A DNA stretch of 63,742 bases, filler included, from Phoronis australis (lineage: Eukaryota > Animalia > Phoronida), in the NCBI GenBank assembly GCA_002633005.1. It is 13 parts of 13 records of this genome, joined end to end, with 100 filler letters (N's around TTAATTAATTAA, not from the genome) between each part and the next. Parts side by side here need not be neighbours in the genome. Positions count along the whole stretch, not along the records: positions 26,476 to 43,095 come from NMRA01001393.1; positions 43,196 to 47,176 come from NMRA01000188.1; positions 47,277 to 50,397 come from NMRA01001415.1; 10 more parts are not named here. One strand, given 5' to 3'. Each line of letters begins with the position of its first letter. The first letter of the stretch is position 1. This document shows positions 37,260-48,878 of this stretch, piece by piece. The notes under the pieces were generated by a model. The model searched no databases. It had not been told where the DNA came from and worked only from the letters and a program-made list of their open reading frames with translations. The position numbers were made by a program, and so were the translations under genes.

Positions 37260-39300
37260 GATTTACATGCGCAGTTGTATATTTAGATGCTATTTAGTGA
37301 GCGGTCGCAAATCTGGTGAACATCTACAAAACTCGTGACGTTTACTTCAACGCTTGCAAGATATTGTCTTTTGAACCAATGCGTTTTTGGTCAAAACTCT
37401 TCAGAATACAGCGATCAAATGCTTTGTGATAAAGGCATTAAAAGATAAATGAGGTAGATGCTATTTTAAAGATGCCAGCTCCGTCGGATATTCCCCATCT
37501 GCGTTTATTCCTTGGGCTGTTCCAGTTCCACGGAAATTCATTCCCAATTAACCTGCAGAGACGTGCTTTGGGAAAAGGGGTGCTGAGAAGAATTCAGCTT
37601 TTAGAGTTTAAAAAAATCCTGTGTAAAGAGCATGTTTTGCTCTTTTTGAACCGACAAACCAGTTAGAAATTTCTGCGATGCTTCCAATTTTGGGATAGTA
37701 GCTGCTCTTTTTCATCGATATCCGGATGAAATTGAACGACCGCTTGCTGTTGTTCTCAAGACTCTCACGGACACGTAAAGGAAATACAACCAAACTCAAC
37801 GTGAAGCTCTTGCAATTGTTTTTGCGCTGAACAAATTTCATCATTTTCTTTACGTACGAAGATTTATTTTGGCTACTGATCATTAACCTTTAGTTTCTGC
37901 AATGACAGTTAATCGACTGGCCAGGTGAGCATTATTTCTGGGTCAGCGTGAGTATTCAAGGTGTCTGATAACTTCAGTGTAGATGCATTGAAGTGTTTAA
38001 CGAACTGCAATTTGAAAGGGAGGATGAGCAAGCAAACGTAAATGACGTTTATTGTATTAAATAGACAAGTATTCCATTGAATCCAGGTAATTCCAAATTG
38101 CTCGCCATTGAATCCTTAAAGATTCTAATATTTAAAGGACAATGCCGTTTGCCAACGAAGAATGGCCCCGTTCTATAGAATTTGAGGAGTTGAACTACTA
38201 TGGAAAGCTAGGAGAAACACTGACGACAGAGAGCGGTTGTCTCTTTAGTTGTGCACTAGTAGTTATTCCAAAAAGATTTGAAGTGTAGGATTTGCTTCAT
38301 ATTTGACACTTTGGCAGGTAAACAATAGTGTCAATTTCAGGTTGTGAAGTCTAGTGACCTCACATTGACAAGGATATTCAAGAACTCGAGCGTCATAGTA
38401 CATGTACGTCTTGCAAGTAACACCAGAACAAACCACCACAATCAATTATTCATCCGTGGATGTAGCCAAAGAATCATTGGAGGCGTGTTCACGTTGATCA
38501 TGACATCATTTTGGGAACGCGTGTTCATGTTGATCATGCCATCATTTTGGGACCGATCAGTCGGTCATGGAATAGGCATATTCCAAGAATTCGTGTATAC
38601 ATCCAGAAGATTCTTTGCCTACAAAAACAACTGCAAAAATTACTAAAAATAGAGGTCGGGCATTTTGGTTATCCTAGGTGATTGATAAAGCAGCACCTTT
38701 AAAATCTTTGCGAAAATCTTCTATAACACCAAATGGGGCTTCATAAAAGTTTTGTTGCAGTATCGTCGTACATGTATTTCTTTAGAATCCGGGTATAATT
38801 CCTGCGAATTTTTAATGGAAGGCAAATTCGATGTTGCATGTAACTGGGCAGTTTGACGCCTTCAGCTGCGCATGTGAGTCAAGGAAAATAATATCGACTA
38901 GCAATGGAGTCTCACCAAAGTTTTGGCTCTGAGTTAGCGCTATCAAAGGTGCACAAGTACGTGTGTTGGGTTGGTAGGCCATGATATTTATTGATTTGGT
39001 GCCAAACAGGACAGATATCCGAGATTGACACCCGGTGTTGTATCTACAGTATTAGGTTCAAGTTCCGTCAAATTAAAGGTGATGACCGACGGACCGATTA
39101 GGCATTGTCTCTTCTACCAGTTAAGACCCAGGTTTTGTTCTTATGAAGATAATGATTGAGGAATTTCAGAACATCCATCACTATTGGATGTTAACAAATA
39201 TGCTGTTGATGCCTCACATAGACAACAAGATGAAAAGTCTGGGGAGAAAATATCGCGTTCAAAGCGTGCTAACCCAAGAGTTCCAATTGGCACAGACTGT
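37260..39300 (+). mobile_element. Heavily decayed Gypsy (Mag-like) pol: RT end, RNase H, integrase
   Basis: Fragments MPAPSDIPHLRLFLG, ISCDAS-like, REALAIVFALNKFHHFLY, ATDH-stop-PL and HPWM-stop-PK...RVHVDH, with many stops and frameshifts. Confidence 0.82.
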
Positions 39301-39311
39301 TGGCTGCCTGC

Positions 39312-39545
39312 TGTCAGAATATAGACTGACAATGTTTTTAGTTGTACTGCTTTGTTTTGTGGTTCTGTTTGATTGGCATGACCCTGATTTAAGTAGAGTA
39401 CAGCGATGAAGTAATTTGTTCACTACTGAATAGTATGGAACTTTCTAGAAGACTACGATCAGTGCAATGATGATGTCATTTGTTTACTACAGTATATTGA
39501 GAAACTTTCATAGAAGGTTCTAGCATGACAGTGATCAATGCAGTT
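39312..39545 (+). mobile_element. Truncated LTR of the Gypsy A family
   Basis: TGTCAGAATATAGACTGAC...TTCTGTTTGATTGGCATGACCC aligns with 28551-28588 plus 29806-29990, without the HINE. Confidence 0.8.
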
Positions 39546-39813
39546 CGTTGGCAAATCTTTGGTGGCTCGAGCAATTCGGCAAAATTGCTCTCGTGAATAC
39601 CGCCAGCTACATATACTTTTGTTCTAGTTTGCACCCCAGTTGTCACGGGGCTAACCAAATTCCGATGTTATTTGTCAGGTAAATGCAGATCTCTGATTAT
39701 ACTTTCCTTTCCCTAATTGCCATTTCAGGGTTGAACTTCAGCCACACACTTGTCAATCCTTGTCTTGAAATTCTATAGACAAATTGCATGGATGTCTTTT
39801 AACTGTTTTGCAG

Positions 39814-39864
39814 TCAAACCCACTGGAACTCCGTCTGTGAATACAGAAACTCCTACAGTGAAGA
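39814..39864 (+). CDS. Candidate short Pro/Thr-rich exon following the Ig exon
   Basis: ttttgcag acceptor and GTATGT donor bound a 51-nt phase 1-1 exon giving VKPTGTPSVNTETPTVK when spliced to the Ig exon. Confidence 0.45.
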
Positions 39865-42800
39865 GTATGTATGCTTAAATTGCAGTTTGGCTCTTCTTCG
39901 AGTGCTCAAATGAAATACTTGAATTAACCCGAAAGACCATTCGACGTTTATGAAGTATTCTGGAGAGATTGTGTAACTGGATGTGGGTGCTTATCAGGAC
40001 AAGTACGGTATACGCACAGAGTTGACATGTTTTCAGTGGCAGTAGTAAAATGGTGAATCTCTAAATTTTTCTTAGTTCAGTGAAAATTTTTAGGTCACCT
40101 TGATGCTGCTTATACCGTTTGTCAGATTAAGAGGATTCAAATTTAAAAAGTCTTTCTAGCGACTAGTTTGTTTCCAAAAACCTAAAATCATGCAGGCCTC
40201 ACAAGTTTCCACTGTCTGCATCTGCCCACAAACTTTGAATGACGGGTTCCAGTTCTTGAGAAATAGGCACTGTCTAATTCTCACTCAAGTTGTCCCTTAT
40301 TGTGGCAATTTAATTTAAATATTCATGTTTTAACGCCGGTTTCTTTAATCGTCTGCTGAAAGTTTCAAAGGATGGTCAAAAAATTTTGCAGGTGCTGTCA
40401 CTTGAGGGAAAGCACATCTGACTTTAAGATTGCGATATATCCGACAACATTTGCTGCTACAATATGGAATTCTCCTAGCCCGAAAGTTAAAACTTCCAAT
40501 TCACTTAATACTTTCAATAGTAAAAAGTAGCTGTAGTTTACCTAACCTTTTTATACCTGACCTGTCTTAATCGTGTCATTTTTTATTGTTTAAAGTCATA
40601 TCTCTATTTACTTCATCTATCTTAGCTAAATTATCAACCTTCTTCGTCATTTTTATCGTCTCATTTTGAATATCAAAATCTGTAAAAAAGTTTTGTTCCG
40701 GTGCAACGCTGTTCATTTCATGTGTCTGTGTCGTCCATTTTCTCAGTAAATCTGAATAACATCTGGCATAAAACGAGAGAATGTAACTCGCCGTCACACA
40801 TTTACAAAATGCGGTGTGGAAGGTGTCATATTCTATGAACCCACATGGGACTGTATGAGTGCCATTGCCATTCCCTTTCTTTCGGTTGACCAGTGTCATG
40901 TGAGTGCTGTTGTATCAGATAATCATTATCTGGGACACTCCTTTATGTATTCTCGTCACATTTTGTAGAAATGCACTTACATTGATTGCACATGTATGGT
41001 ACAAGCCCATACACGGTCGTCTTTGCCTATTGTTGTTCTCCAAGTGTTATGCTTATGTTAACATGTACCATGTCCCTTGGTAAATATTCATTAAACGTTG
41101 CAAAAATGCTTTTGTCATAAAAAAACACCAAACTATTTGCACATGGGTTATAATTATTCTGTTCATTCTCTTCTCCTAGTCTTTTAGTCAAACTGCTCGC
41201 AGGAGAGTGTTCTGTTCATTGCCGCAATTTTGATGAGCGCCGACATGCCGTAAAATGTAACATTTTCTTAAAATGTAAAACGTAAATAGGTAAACAAAAC
41301 AACAAGAATGGATCAACAGAAATTTTAGGATGTAATGACGTCTTTTGTCAACATATACCGAAATAAAGTAAAATCAAACACTATGTGCAACAGCTGTTAT
41401 GTTTTACGTCATTGTCATATTTTACGTTGCTAGCCATCTCTTACATTTTATGTAATTGTTACAATTTCCGTAGAATGCACATGCGAGAAATGTACCATTG
41501 TTACTGTGCATTTTACCAAAGTGACGTCATATTTCATGAGTTTGCATGGTATTTGTCATACGGATAAACGGTTCGCACATCTGACAGCTTCTTTGTCGGG
41601 ATGTTTGATTGAAATTCTGTCAAATGTGCTAGCTGGACTTTATAGATGTGTCCCTATGGGCTTTCCCCCTGTTGTTTTTTGACACGGATAGTTCCTTTGT
41701 ATATTAAAAATTGTACCCCGTACCAGGGACGGTTAGAGGGGGGGGGGCAGAACAGAATATTAGCCAGAATTTTGGCCGTCAGACGTTCGCACCTCTGAAC
41801 CCTTAAACGCAATCTGGGAGACTTATGGGCGGCCATGTCCCCTGGGCCCCGCTCCAGACGAACACAGTTTCGGGGATCAGAATTTTTTCATATTTAAAAC
41901 GTTTTTGCATTCTGTTGCTGGTGCTCACACGTCATAAACCAATTGTGTATCCTGCATTGCAGTAAACAACCTTCCCTTGGTAAGCACAACAGAAACAAAG
42001 ACATAGTATTTGGCTATTTATCGTATTTCTTCTGGAAGAAACGACGAATACAAGTCTGTTTACGGATAATCCAATTTCACCTTTTAGTCCACCATATTTT
42101 GATTCATTTCAGCCACTGTTTTGTTGCTTTGGGGTCATCTGCAGTAATTGCCCTGTTCCACTCAAAAGGAACAAGACCAAAGTTAATATGACGGCTAGGG
42201 GTTCTGTTTACCATTTTAGTTGCAAATGACAAATTCTTAAACGCGTTTGGTGGAAGGAAATAAAAGCACGCATTTATGTTCGGGAAGGTTGACAGATTTT
42301 CACTAATGCAACAGCAAAGTTCGCCTCTGAGAAGGGCGAGCAAGTAGTATTATGTGACGTCATAGGAACATGTTTTAAACTCCTTACAAGCCGAAAGAAA
42401 TATGATTGTTTCTATGATCTCAAACCTGTCTGAAATAGTGGGGGGAGCAACAGATCAAACTGTCACGTGTACGCGTAAAAATGGGAGGCACAGCTTGGCA
42501 GATGGAAAAAAAAATTTATGCACTCTGGAAGGAAGTGTATATTGCACTGTGTGCCTGTTAAAAAAATTCAGAAAAATAAAATAATGATCATGATGGTGAT
42601 GATGATGAAGATGATAACGATAACGATTAACAGTGTTAATAGCAGGATTAGTAGGGATAGCAGTAATACTAGTAACAGAATTGTACATGTAGATGTAGTA
42701 GTAATAAAACTGATGATGGGTAGCCAAAATTCATGTCCTGAAGGGCATTCCTTTATATGACGTACACGGAAAGTGTCGCCAAAAGGGTGTTATTTTCACA

Positions 42801-43242
42801 GCAGCAATAAAAACTCCCAAACATGATGCTAATTTCGACAAAAAACTATAAATCGGTGCCGTTTACGAACATATGGAACAGAATTGTGCCCAAAAGTAGA
42901 GTTTTACACAAAATTACAGCACACATCACGAATTTTTGGCCGACCGGTCGGAAATTGGTCGACGACCGGCCGTCGACCGGTCGGCAAATTAGCCGACCGG
43001 TCGGCTAAAAATTAGCCGACCGGCAGCCGCCCGCAGTGCCGACTCATAAGGCGACCCCACAGCCGACCCTTCAGCCGACCCTTTAGCCGACCGGCNNNNN
43101 NNNNNNNNNNNNNNNNNNNNNNNNNNNNNNNNNNNNNNNTTAATTAATTAANNNNNNNNNNNNNNNNNNNNNNNNNNNNNNNNNNNNNNNNNNNNTCCTG
43201 TGTGCAGTTTTAAAGAAAATTGCCAATAGATATTGCAAACAG

Positions 43243-43491
43243 CAGGGCTTGGAATTTTCTTCTTTTAAGAGTTCCTTTTTTTGACTTCAATTTCCTCTTA
43301 TTTGATTTTCAGTATCCTCTTTTTTCGTATCTTTTATCATTAATTTGACTTTATTCAGGCAAAAATATTTTATTTCAGATAAATTTTACAACATAAAAAA
43401 TATTTCTGTCACACGAGCTTATTTATTTTTGGAACGAGATATCACCTGGAAAATTTTCCTCTATTTTTGTCATAGGTCATTCCAAGCCCTG
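43243..43491. mobile_element. hAT-type MITE with CAGGGCTTGGAAT TIRs, about 250 bp; inverted relative at 62828-63058
   Basis: Same TIR and subterminal TTTTTGTCATxGGTCATTCCAAGCCCTG as the element at 11372, with a different interior. No clean TSD. Confidence 0.8.
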
Positions 43492-43648
43492 AAACAAACA
43501 TTTTAAAATTATAGTAGCTGTATTTTGAGAGCACATGTCTTATCCACAGACTTATGTTAAAGTGAAATGTAATTAGATTATGAGCAAATATATACCAAGC
43601 TGTCCAACAGAAAGTGCAACCATGTTTTCAATCAAGTTTATATTTCAG

Positions 43649-43699
43649 ATTCCTCTGATTTTGCTAAAGGCGACAGAGAAAGTCTTCTAGGATCACAAG
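43649..43699 (+). CDS. Candidate exon of the filamin-repeat gene
   Basis: tttcag acceptor and AG/GTAAGA donor bound a 51-nt phase 1-1 exon, xSSDFAKGDRESLLGSQ. Confidence 0.55.
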
Positions 43700-43829
43700 G
43701 TAAGACATGTGTCTTCTAGGATCACAAGGTAAGACATGTGTCTTCTAGGATCACAAGGTAAGACATGTGTCTTCTAGGATCACAAGGTAAGACATGTGTC
43801 TTCTAGGATCACAAAGTAAGACATGTGTC
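43682..43829 (+). repeat. 29-bp minisatellite, 5 copies of GTCTTCTAGGATCACAAGGTAAGACATGT
   Basis: Units start at 43682, 43711, 43740, 43769 and 43798. The fifth has one substitution. No spacers. Confidence 0.95.
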
Positions 43830-44649
43830 ATAGATATTGGGTGTAGCCATGAAGTAGATCTTTTGAATTTACCGTATGCTGAAGAATCGGAAATGTCACA
43901 TTTGTAAGTTTTTGACTAATTTTGCAAATTTGGGAGATGACTTCAAAGATTTGAAATGCGCTCTTAAAGAAGCTAAATGGCAATATTGATTTCCAGTGAC
44001 CTCTAATTAAGGTTCTGGGGGCTCTTGCTGGAGAAATCCTTGGCCTCAACAACTCTTAAAGCCTTAGTCTTAACTTGACGCACTAAATTTGGTCAGTTAT
44101 CGGGATAATCACCTATATAGAATCTAGGCATGGTGTTTACGTTTAACATTCTCCATACTAACCATTAGTTAATATGTTAACACTTGATTGCAATCTTGCT
44201 CAAAATGTCCACTAGGAGGTGCTATGATTTGCGGTGTATTACACTGTCAAAGACTAGTAGTGCAGTAGCCAAAGTAATTCATTTTTTATTTTATGTTGAT
44301 ATTCAACTTTTTCACAGCTAAGTGGCCAATAATGAAGAATTTTTTAATTATTCCCTGTTGTCGTAGTGGTATGTAAGGTCATGCTTGTGGTTTAAGTGGG
44401 TCTCAGATGAACTAAGCTGTTCTAAAGTTTGTTTAGACTTGAGTGATAATATGAGATAGTGAGATAAGAACAGTCACCCTTATTCCTTCAATACGTTCTC
44501 GTCGTTGCAATTTCTGTAATGGAAAGACGCGCATACTTTGAATGCTATGTATTTTCGTGATCAGTGTCATCTTTATTGGTAACAACATTTTTAGTAATCA
44601 TTTGTCCATGCTCATTTCTTCTCTGACATTAATACTACTTTTTCTTCAG

Positions 44650-44718
44650 AGAGTTCCGGCAACTTCGCTATCTGCGTTCCATCGGAAATACAGCTTCGGC
44701 AACCCTGCCGGATTATAG
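44650..44718 (+). CDS. Exon of the filamin-repeat gene
   Basis: tttcttcag acceptor and AG/GTGATT donor bound a 69-nt phase 1-1 exon, ESSGNFAICVPSEIQLRQPCRII, in frame with the next exon. Confidence 0.6.
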   Translation, partial: RVPATSLSAFHRKYSFGNPAGL

Positions 44719-44990
44719 GTGATTAGAGATTCATTATTTTGAGATTATGTCAAATGAAAACCACCTGTCTCCGGTTGAACTAAACTGCCATTCAATACCG
44801 ACTCGTTTATGTCTCAACCCTAAATATGTTCTCTTGACTAGTTGAGTTAAACTCTATGAAACATTACATTTGCCAGTCAAACTGTGATCAAGACATTGAA
44901 CATAAGGAAGAGTTTTCCAAGGTTTCATTTGACTGAACCTTAATCTGAATTTTATTTTTAATGTCCTCTCTTCCTATCTGTTCTGTTTAG

Positions 44991-45176
44991 TGTACCTCAA
45001 CAAGGATGTTGGTCAACAACACGTGAATAGTGACATAGATCCATCTGTCACTGTCAATGGTCGCCCAGTTCCAGTCATCGCTAAGACTGACAAGTTCCCT
45101 TTGTCCTTTGAATTCTGTCCTCTATCAGCTGATGATCACGTGGTCTGTGTTAAATTCAGAGGCTACGACATCCCAG
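44991..45176 (+). CDS. Filamin-type Ig repeat exon
   Basis: 186-nt phase 1-1 exon between tttag and GTTAGT, ending SFEFCPLSADDHVVCVKFRGYDIPG, the F-x-P...H-x-V-x-V-K-F-x-G-x-x-I-P-G filamin repeat ending. Confidence 0.75.
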
Positions 45177-45199
45177 GTTAGTTCTCTGTTAGATTGCTC

Positions 45200-47160
45200 T
45201 ACTGTGTGTCAAGTGTGATTTGAAGTTCTTGTCCTGATGTGATTTTGTTTCCTAAAAGCCTGATGTGCTTGGTTGCATGAAACAGTCCCAAATAGGGACT
45301 CAAATTACTAAGTTCTAAATCTACTGACAGATGTAATTGACAGAAAAATATGATTACATCAGTCATTGAAGAAAGACGCAAATGGGCAAAAGATATAGAG
45401 AACTTAGTTGAGTCCCTCTTTGGGACTCTTTCGTGACACCCGGTACTGGGGATTCCTTTTGAAAACAAAATGGTAGGCTCTTTTGTATTGGTGTGGGCAG
45501 TGCCCTGATTGGTAAATACCACCCAGGATTTTCTTCATAGGCAATTTATCTACTTTGTGAGAAAAGTCCAGTGATAGCTGTGCTGACAAATGGACTAAAA
45601 ATATTTATTGTTCTTTTAAATAAATTAGCCATAAACCGGTGTTCCATCCAAAGAGTTAACTCAAGGTTCAGACCACTTACTGATATAAAATAGTCCTCAA
45701 CTTGTTTCTTACTTACTGAGAAGTGATTTCTGTGCTTGCGAGGAACTGAGATTTTGTTACTTCTTGAGATTATGCTTGGCCCATAAAAACGTACCAACTT
45801 TATGTCTTATAGAGCACGAGTACAAGAAATAAATTGAACTTCCAGTTCTTTTGAAGCTCTTAAGTCACTTCCAATTTGACCTAAGAGCAATTTGGGATCA
45901 ATTTCACACCTGCAAGTCGTCTAAATTTAAGAGTAGGATTTTGTGATAGGAGGTGGCTTTTCTCCCGCTTTAAAAATAATACAAGAATTTATTGAATATT
46001 TCCCATGCACAATTCCTTTATATTTGTGCGTGCAAGCCCGCAAAACAATCCTGAACGCATTCCTTGGGGGGTTTTTGAACCTTGTCTGTAAAAGGGCTCC
46101 CCAAGAAAGAATCACGAGGATTTATGAAAAGGTAAATATTTCAACATTTCTTAACCTTGTTTCTAAAATAACCACCATGATTGCCTCAGTCACATAATTT
46201 TCCAACACCAGTCTGAAAAACAGTTACCTCAGACAACTTTCGGGAGATTATTCGAAGCATCATTCGTGTCTTGACATCAAAAATCTCCTATGGCTATTAA
46301 TAGTTCTAAATAATCCAATAGCAATTGCCCAATTATGCCAGGCATCAGGATGTCAATTAGTCTGATCTGCTTAGTGTGGCTCGATGTGTGACTAAGGCAT
46401 TAGAAAGAGGTCTTTAAATCTAAAATCTTGCGTACCAAGATTCCATGCTGTATCATTTTGCTGACTTAAGTGATAGGTGCAAGGCTCATAAATCAAATAG
46501 TTACACCCAAGTTTTGCATGTGTGGACCGTCATTTTACCCCTCTCTTCCAAGGCAGGGATAACTACCCCTAATGTAAACTGCCAGACTGCGTGTCTTGGC
46601 GAATATGAGAATCAGACTGAGGTCGCATGAGCGACACATGTATACCACTAATGACAAAAGCTTGCTAGAATCTGCTAGACGCTATCCAAACTGTTCCTAA
46701 CACAGTGGGGTTTTCAGCTGAAGGCCAAATTTTGAGCACTTGATATACCAGCAATGTACTCACAAATTACAGACTGTACCCACTTTGACATCCTTATGAC
46801 TTTTATTGATCAAGCATTTGGCCATCTTACGGATTACATACTTAAAGTTGTTTGAGTCTCGCTGGCTGTACACTGTGCCATCTTGTTGAACTTGTCTGAA
46901 CCGCACGTTAGTAAAGAGCATGGATTAAGTAAACCAGTTGAAGTATCAGAGGAACCAGACAATAGGTAAGTTTCCACCTTTTAAAGTTCACAGATTAGAA
47001 GCACAAACAGATATTATAATTTAATAAATGACTACCCGTCAGGATAGCACAGTGACATCTTGAGACATACTTTCAGAGACATTGAGTTGTGGGGTATCAA
47101 ATGTGGGTACTCACTTTCATGAACCAAGTGAGTTTTCTTCAGTGCTTGAATTTCTATTGC
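45200..47160 (-). mobile_element. Highly decayed LINE (L1/Tx1-like) ORF2 remnant
   Basis: Degenerate motifs in the expected order on the minus strand: ETH-like near 47130, DFN-like near 46890, AFD-like near 46255, RGxRQG-like near 46060, xxDD near 45920 and FLW near 45785. Many stops. Confidence 0.45.
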
Positions 47161-47424
47161 ATATCAGCTCAGGGAANNNNNNNNNNNNNNNNNNNNNNNN
47201 NNNNNNNNNNNNNNNNNNNNTTAATTAATTAANNNNNNNNNNNNNNNNNNNNNNNNNNNNNNNNNNNNNNNNNNNNCCCCCCCTAAAATTCTCCCAAATG
47301 CCGGCATTTGGCAGTTCAGGAGCGCGAATTTCTGACTGGCAAAATCCTGGCTAATACTCTTCCCCCCCGCCCAACTCAAAGTCCTGGATCCCCCGTGGAA
47401 CAAGAATAGTTATCATGTTTCTTC

Positions 47425-48460
47425 AGAGGCCTCGTTCATAGAGGGGAAAGGTGACTCATGTGTGTGCGGCCTTCTGAGAGGGGCCACCTTTCGCCGAGTG
47501 ACGGGTCAGTGAAAACTCTACTGACCTCCCGATCACCATCAATAGCACCCCGCCCTTTTGCAATTAAGCTCTCATAGCTCTCTCTCAAGTACCATTTTCA
47601 GTGGCTGATCTAGGATAGCACTAGGCCTAGTGACTGGGGGGGACATCCTCGGAGAAGCGGGCAAATTAAGCCCGATTGTACTGTATGCACGTAGGCGGTC
47701 CGGAAGTTGCGGGCGCCGAGGATGTATACCTTCTACTCAGGAAATCTGTCGTTGGACTAAAAAAAATAAAACGGAACGTACGTGTTTTCCCCCTCGTCCG
47801 CTACCAGTCCTAGCTCGAACTCAGTACAAGTTTCCTCCCGCTTCACGTTTTGCTGGTTTATTTTGCTTACGGCAGTCAAGGGGGGGGGGTGGCGGGCCCC
47901 TGCCCCCCTAAATCCGCCCATGATTTTGTACTTTTTCAAATTGTCACCTCTGTGGTCACAGGTGATTTGAACCGTTGGAGAAAAATTTTCAATCACAAAG
48001 GGGATTTTTAGGCCTCGTGGCTTGGAATTTCATGTGATTTTTCAATATTTTTGAGAGGGGAATAGGGCCGATAATTTGGCCCCACAATTGAGGGATTGAG
48101 GGCCCTGTCCTTTTTATAAAGAAAAATGCATCGCGCTTCAACCCATAGTCATGAAAACAGAGCCTGGCTGGCCGAAGATTCTCCGGTCCACATTGCTGTG
48201 GCGACATCCAGTCCGAGGTGCGACAAATTATGATTCGAAAACAGTAATAAATTTTACACGAACATATTTTCCTTTGTCACGGCGTATAGCAAGGACCCAA
48301 CGCTTCCGAATCCCAACATCCTTAGGGATTGTAAAACAGAGTGTCCGTATTTTTTCTAGCTGTTCGAGCAACGCGGAGTACAACTACGCGGATATGCCAC
48401 CAGAGCTATTGTAGCGAGCCTCGTTTTGGAACGCGCCTCCTGTCGGCGTGAATAGGGTCT
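47425..48460 (-). mobile_element. Second partial copy of the AT-TSD THAP element family, in an ABCC intron
   Basis: Terminus AGACCCTATTCACGCCGACAGGAGGCG flanked by AT at 48461-48462. Colinear with 18767-19430. THAP remnant FTIPKDVGIRKRWVLAIRRDKG. Confidence 0.82.
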
Positions 48461-48685
48461 ATGCCTCAACCTGTGTTGTCATTGGTTGCACTTGATTCAC
48501 TTGTCTGGTGTACACCAGTTCAGCTGAGACATCCGGACAAATCATCTGATTGGTTACTGAGCTGACAGTCATCGTCAGGAACCAATCAAATGTTCTTGAG
48601 CATTGATCCAGCATACTCCAGGAGAGTGAATTAAGTCCAGGCGTTGCGAGCCTGCTCTTTCTCATAATTATCGTCATGGTTACAG

Positions 48686-48878
48686 ACTCGCATTCTGGTA
48701 ACGCATGGCCTGAGCTTCCTGCCGAAGACAGACCGGATCATTGTTTTGACAGAGGGGCGTGTCTCAGAGCAGGGAACATTCGAAGAGCTGCTGTCTCACA
48801 GAGGCGCCTTTGCTGAGTTCTTGAAGAACCATCTGACAGAAGAACCAGATGAGACATTGGAAGTATTGGATGAAGAAA
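48686..48878 (+). CDS. ABCC/MRP (MRP1-like) transporter exon, end of NBD1 and linker
   Basis: 193-nt exon between ttacag and GTGAGT, encoding TRILVTHGLSFLPKTDRIIVLTEGRVSEQGTFEELLSHRGAFAEFLKNHLTEEPDETLEVLDEE (H-loop TRILVTH and GAFAEFL). Paralog cannot be assigned. Not in the supplied ORF track. Confidence 0.92.

Noticed and set aside
42455-42760. Poly-His and poly-Met ORFs
   Set aside because: They come from a degenerate ATG/ATA trinucleotide tract.
34300-43095. Inverted GCCGACC-rich ends as TIRs enclosing 34.5-42.9 kb
   Set aside because: The termini face the wrong way: each element body extends away from the interval, so they are ends of two separate elements.
43682-43829. 29-bp repeats as a CRISPR array
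   Set aside because: Units are head to tail with no spacers, there are no cas genes, and the context is a eukaryotic intron.
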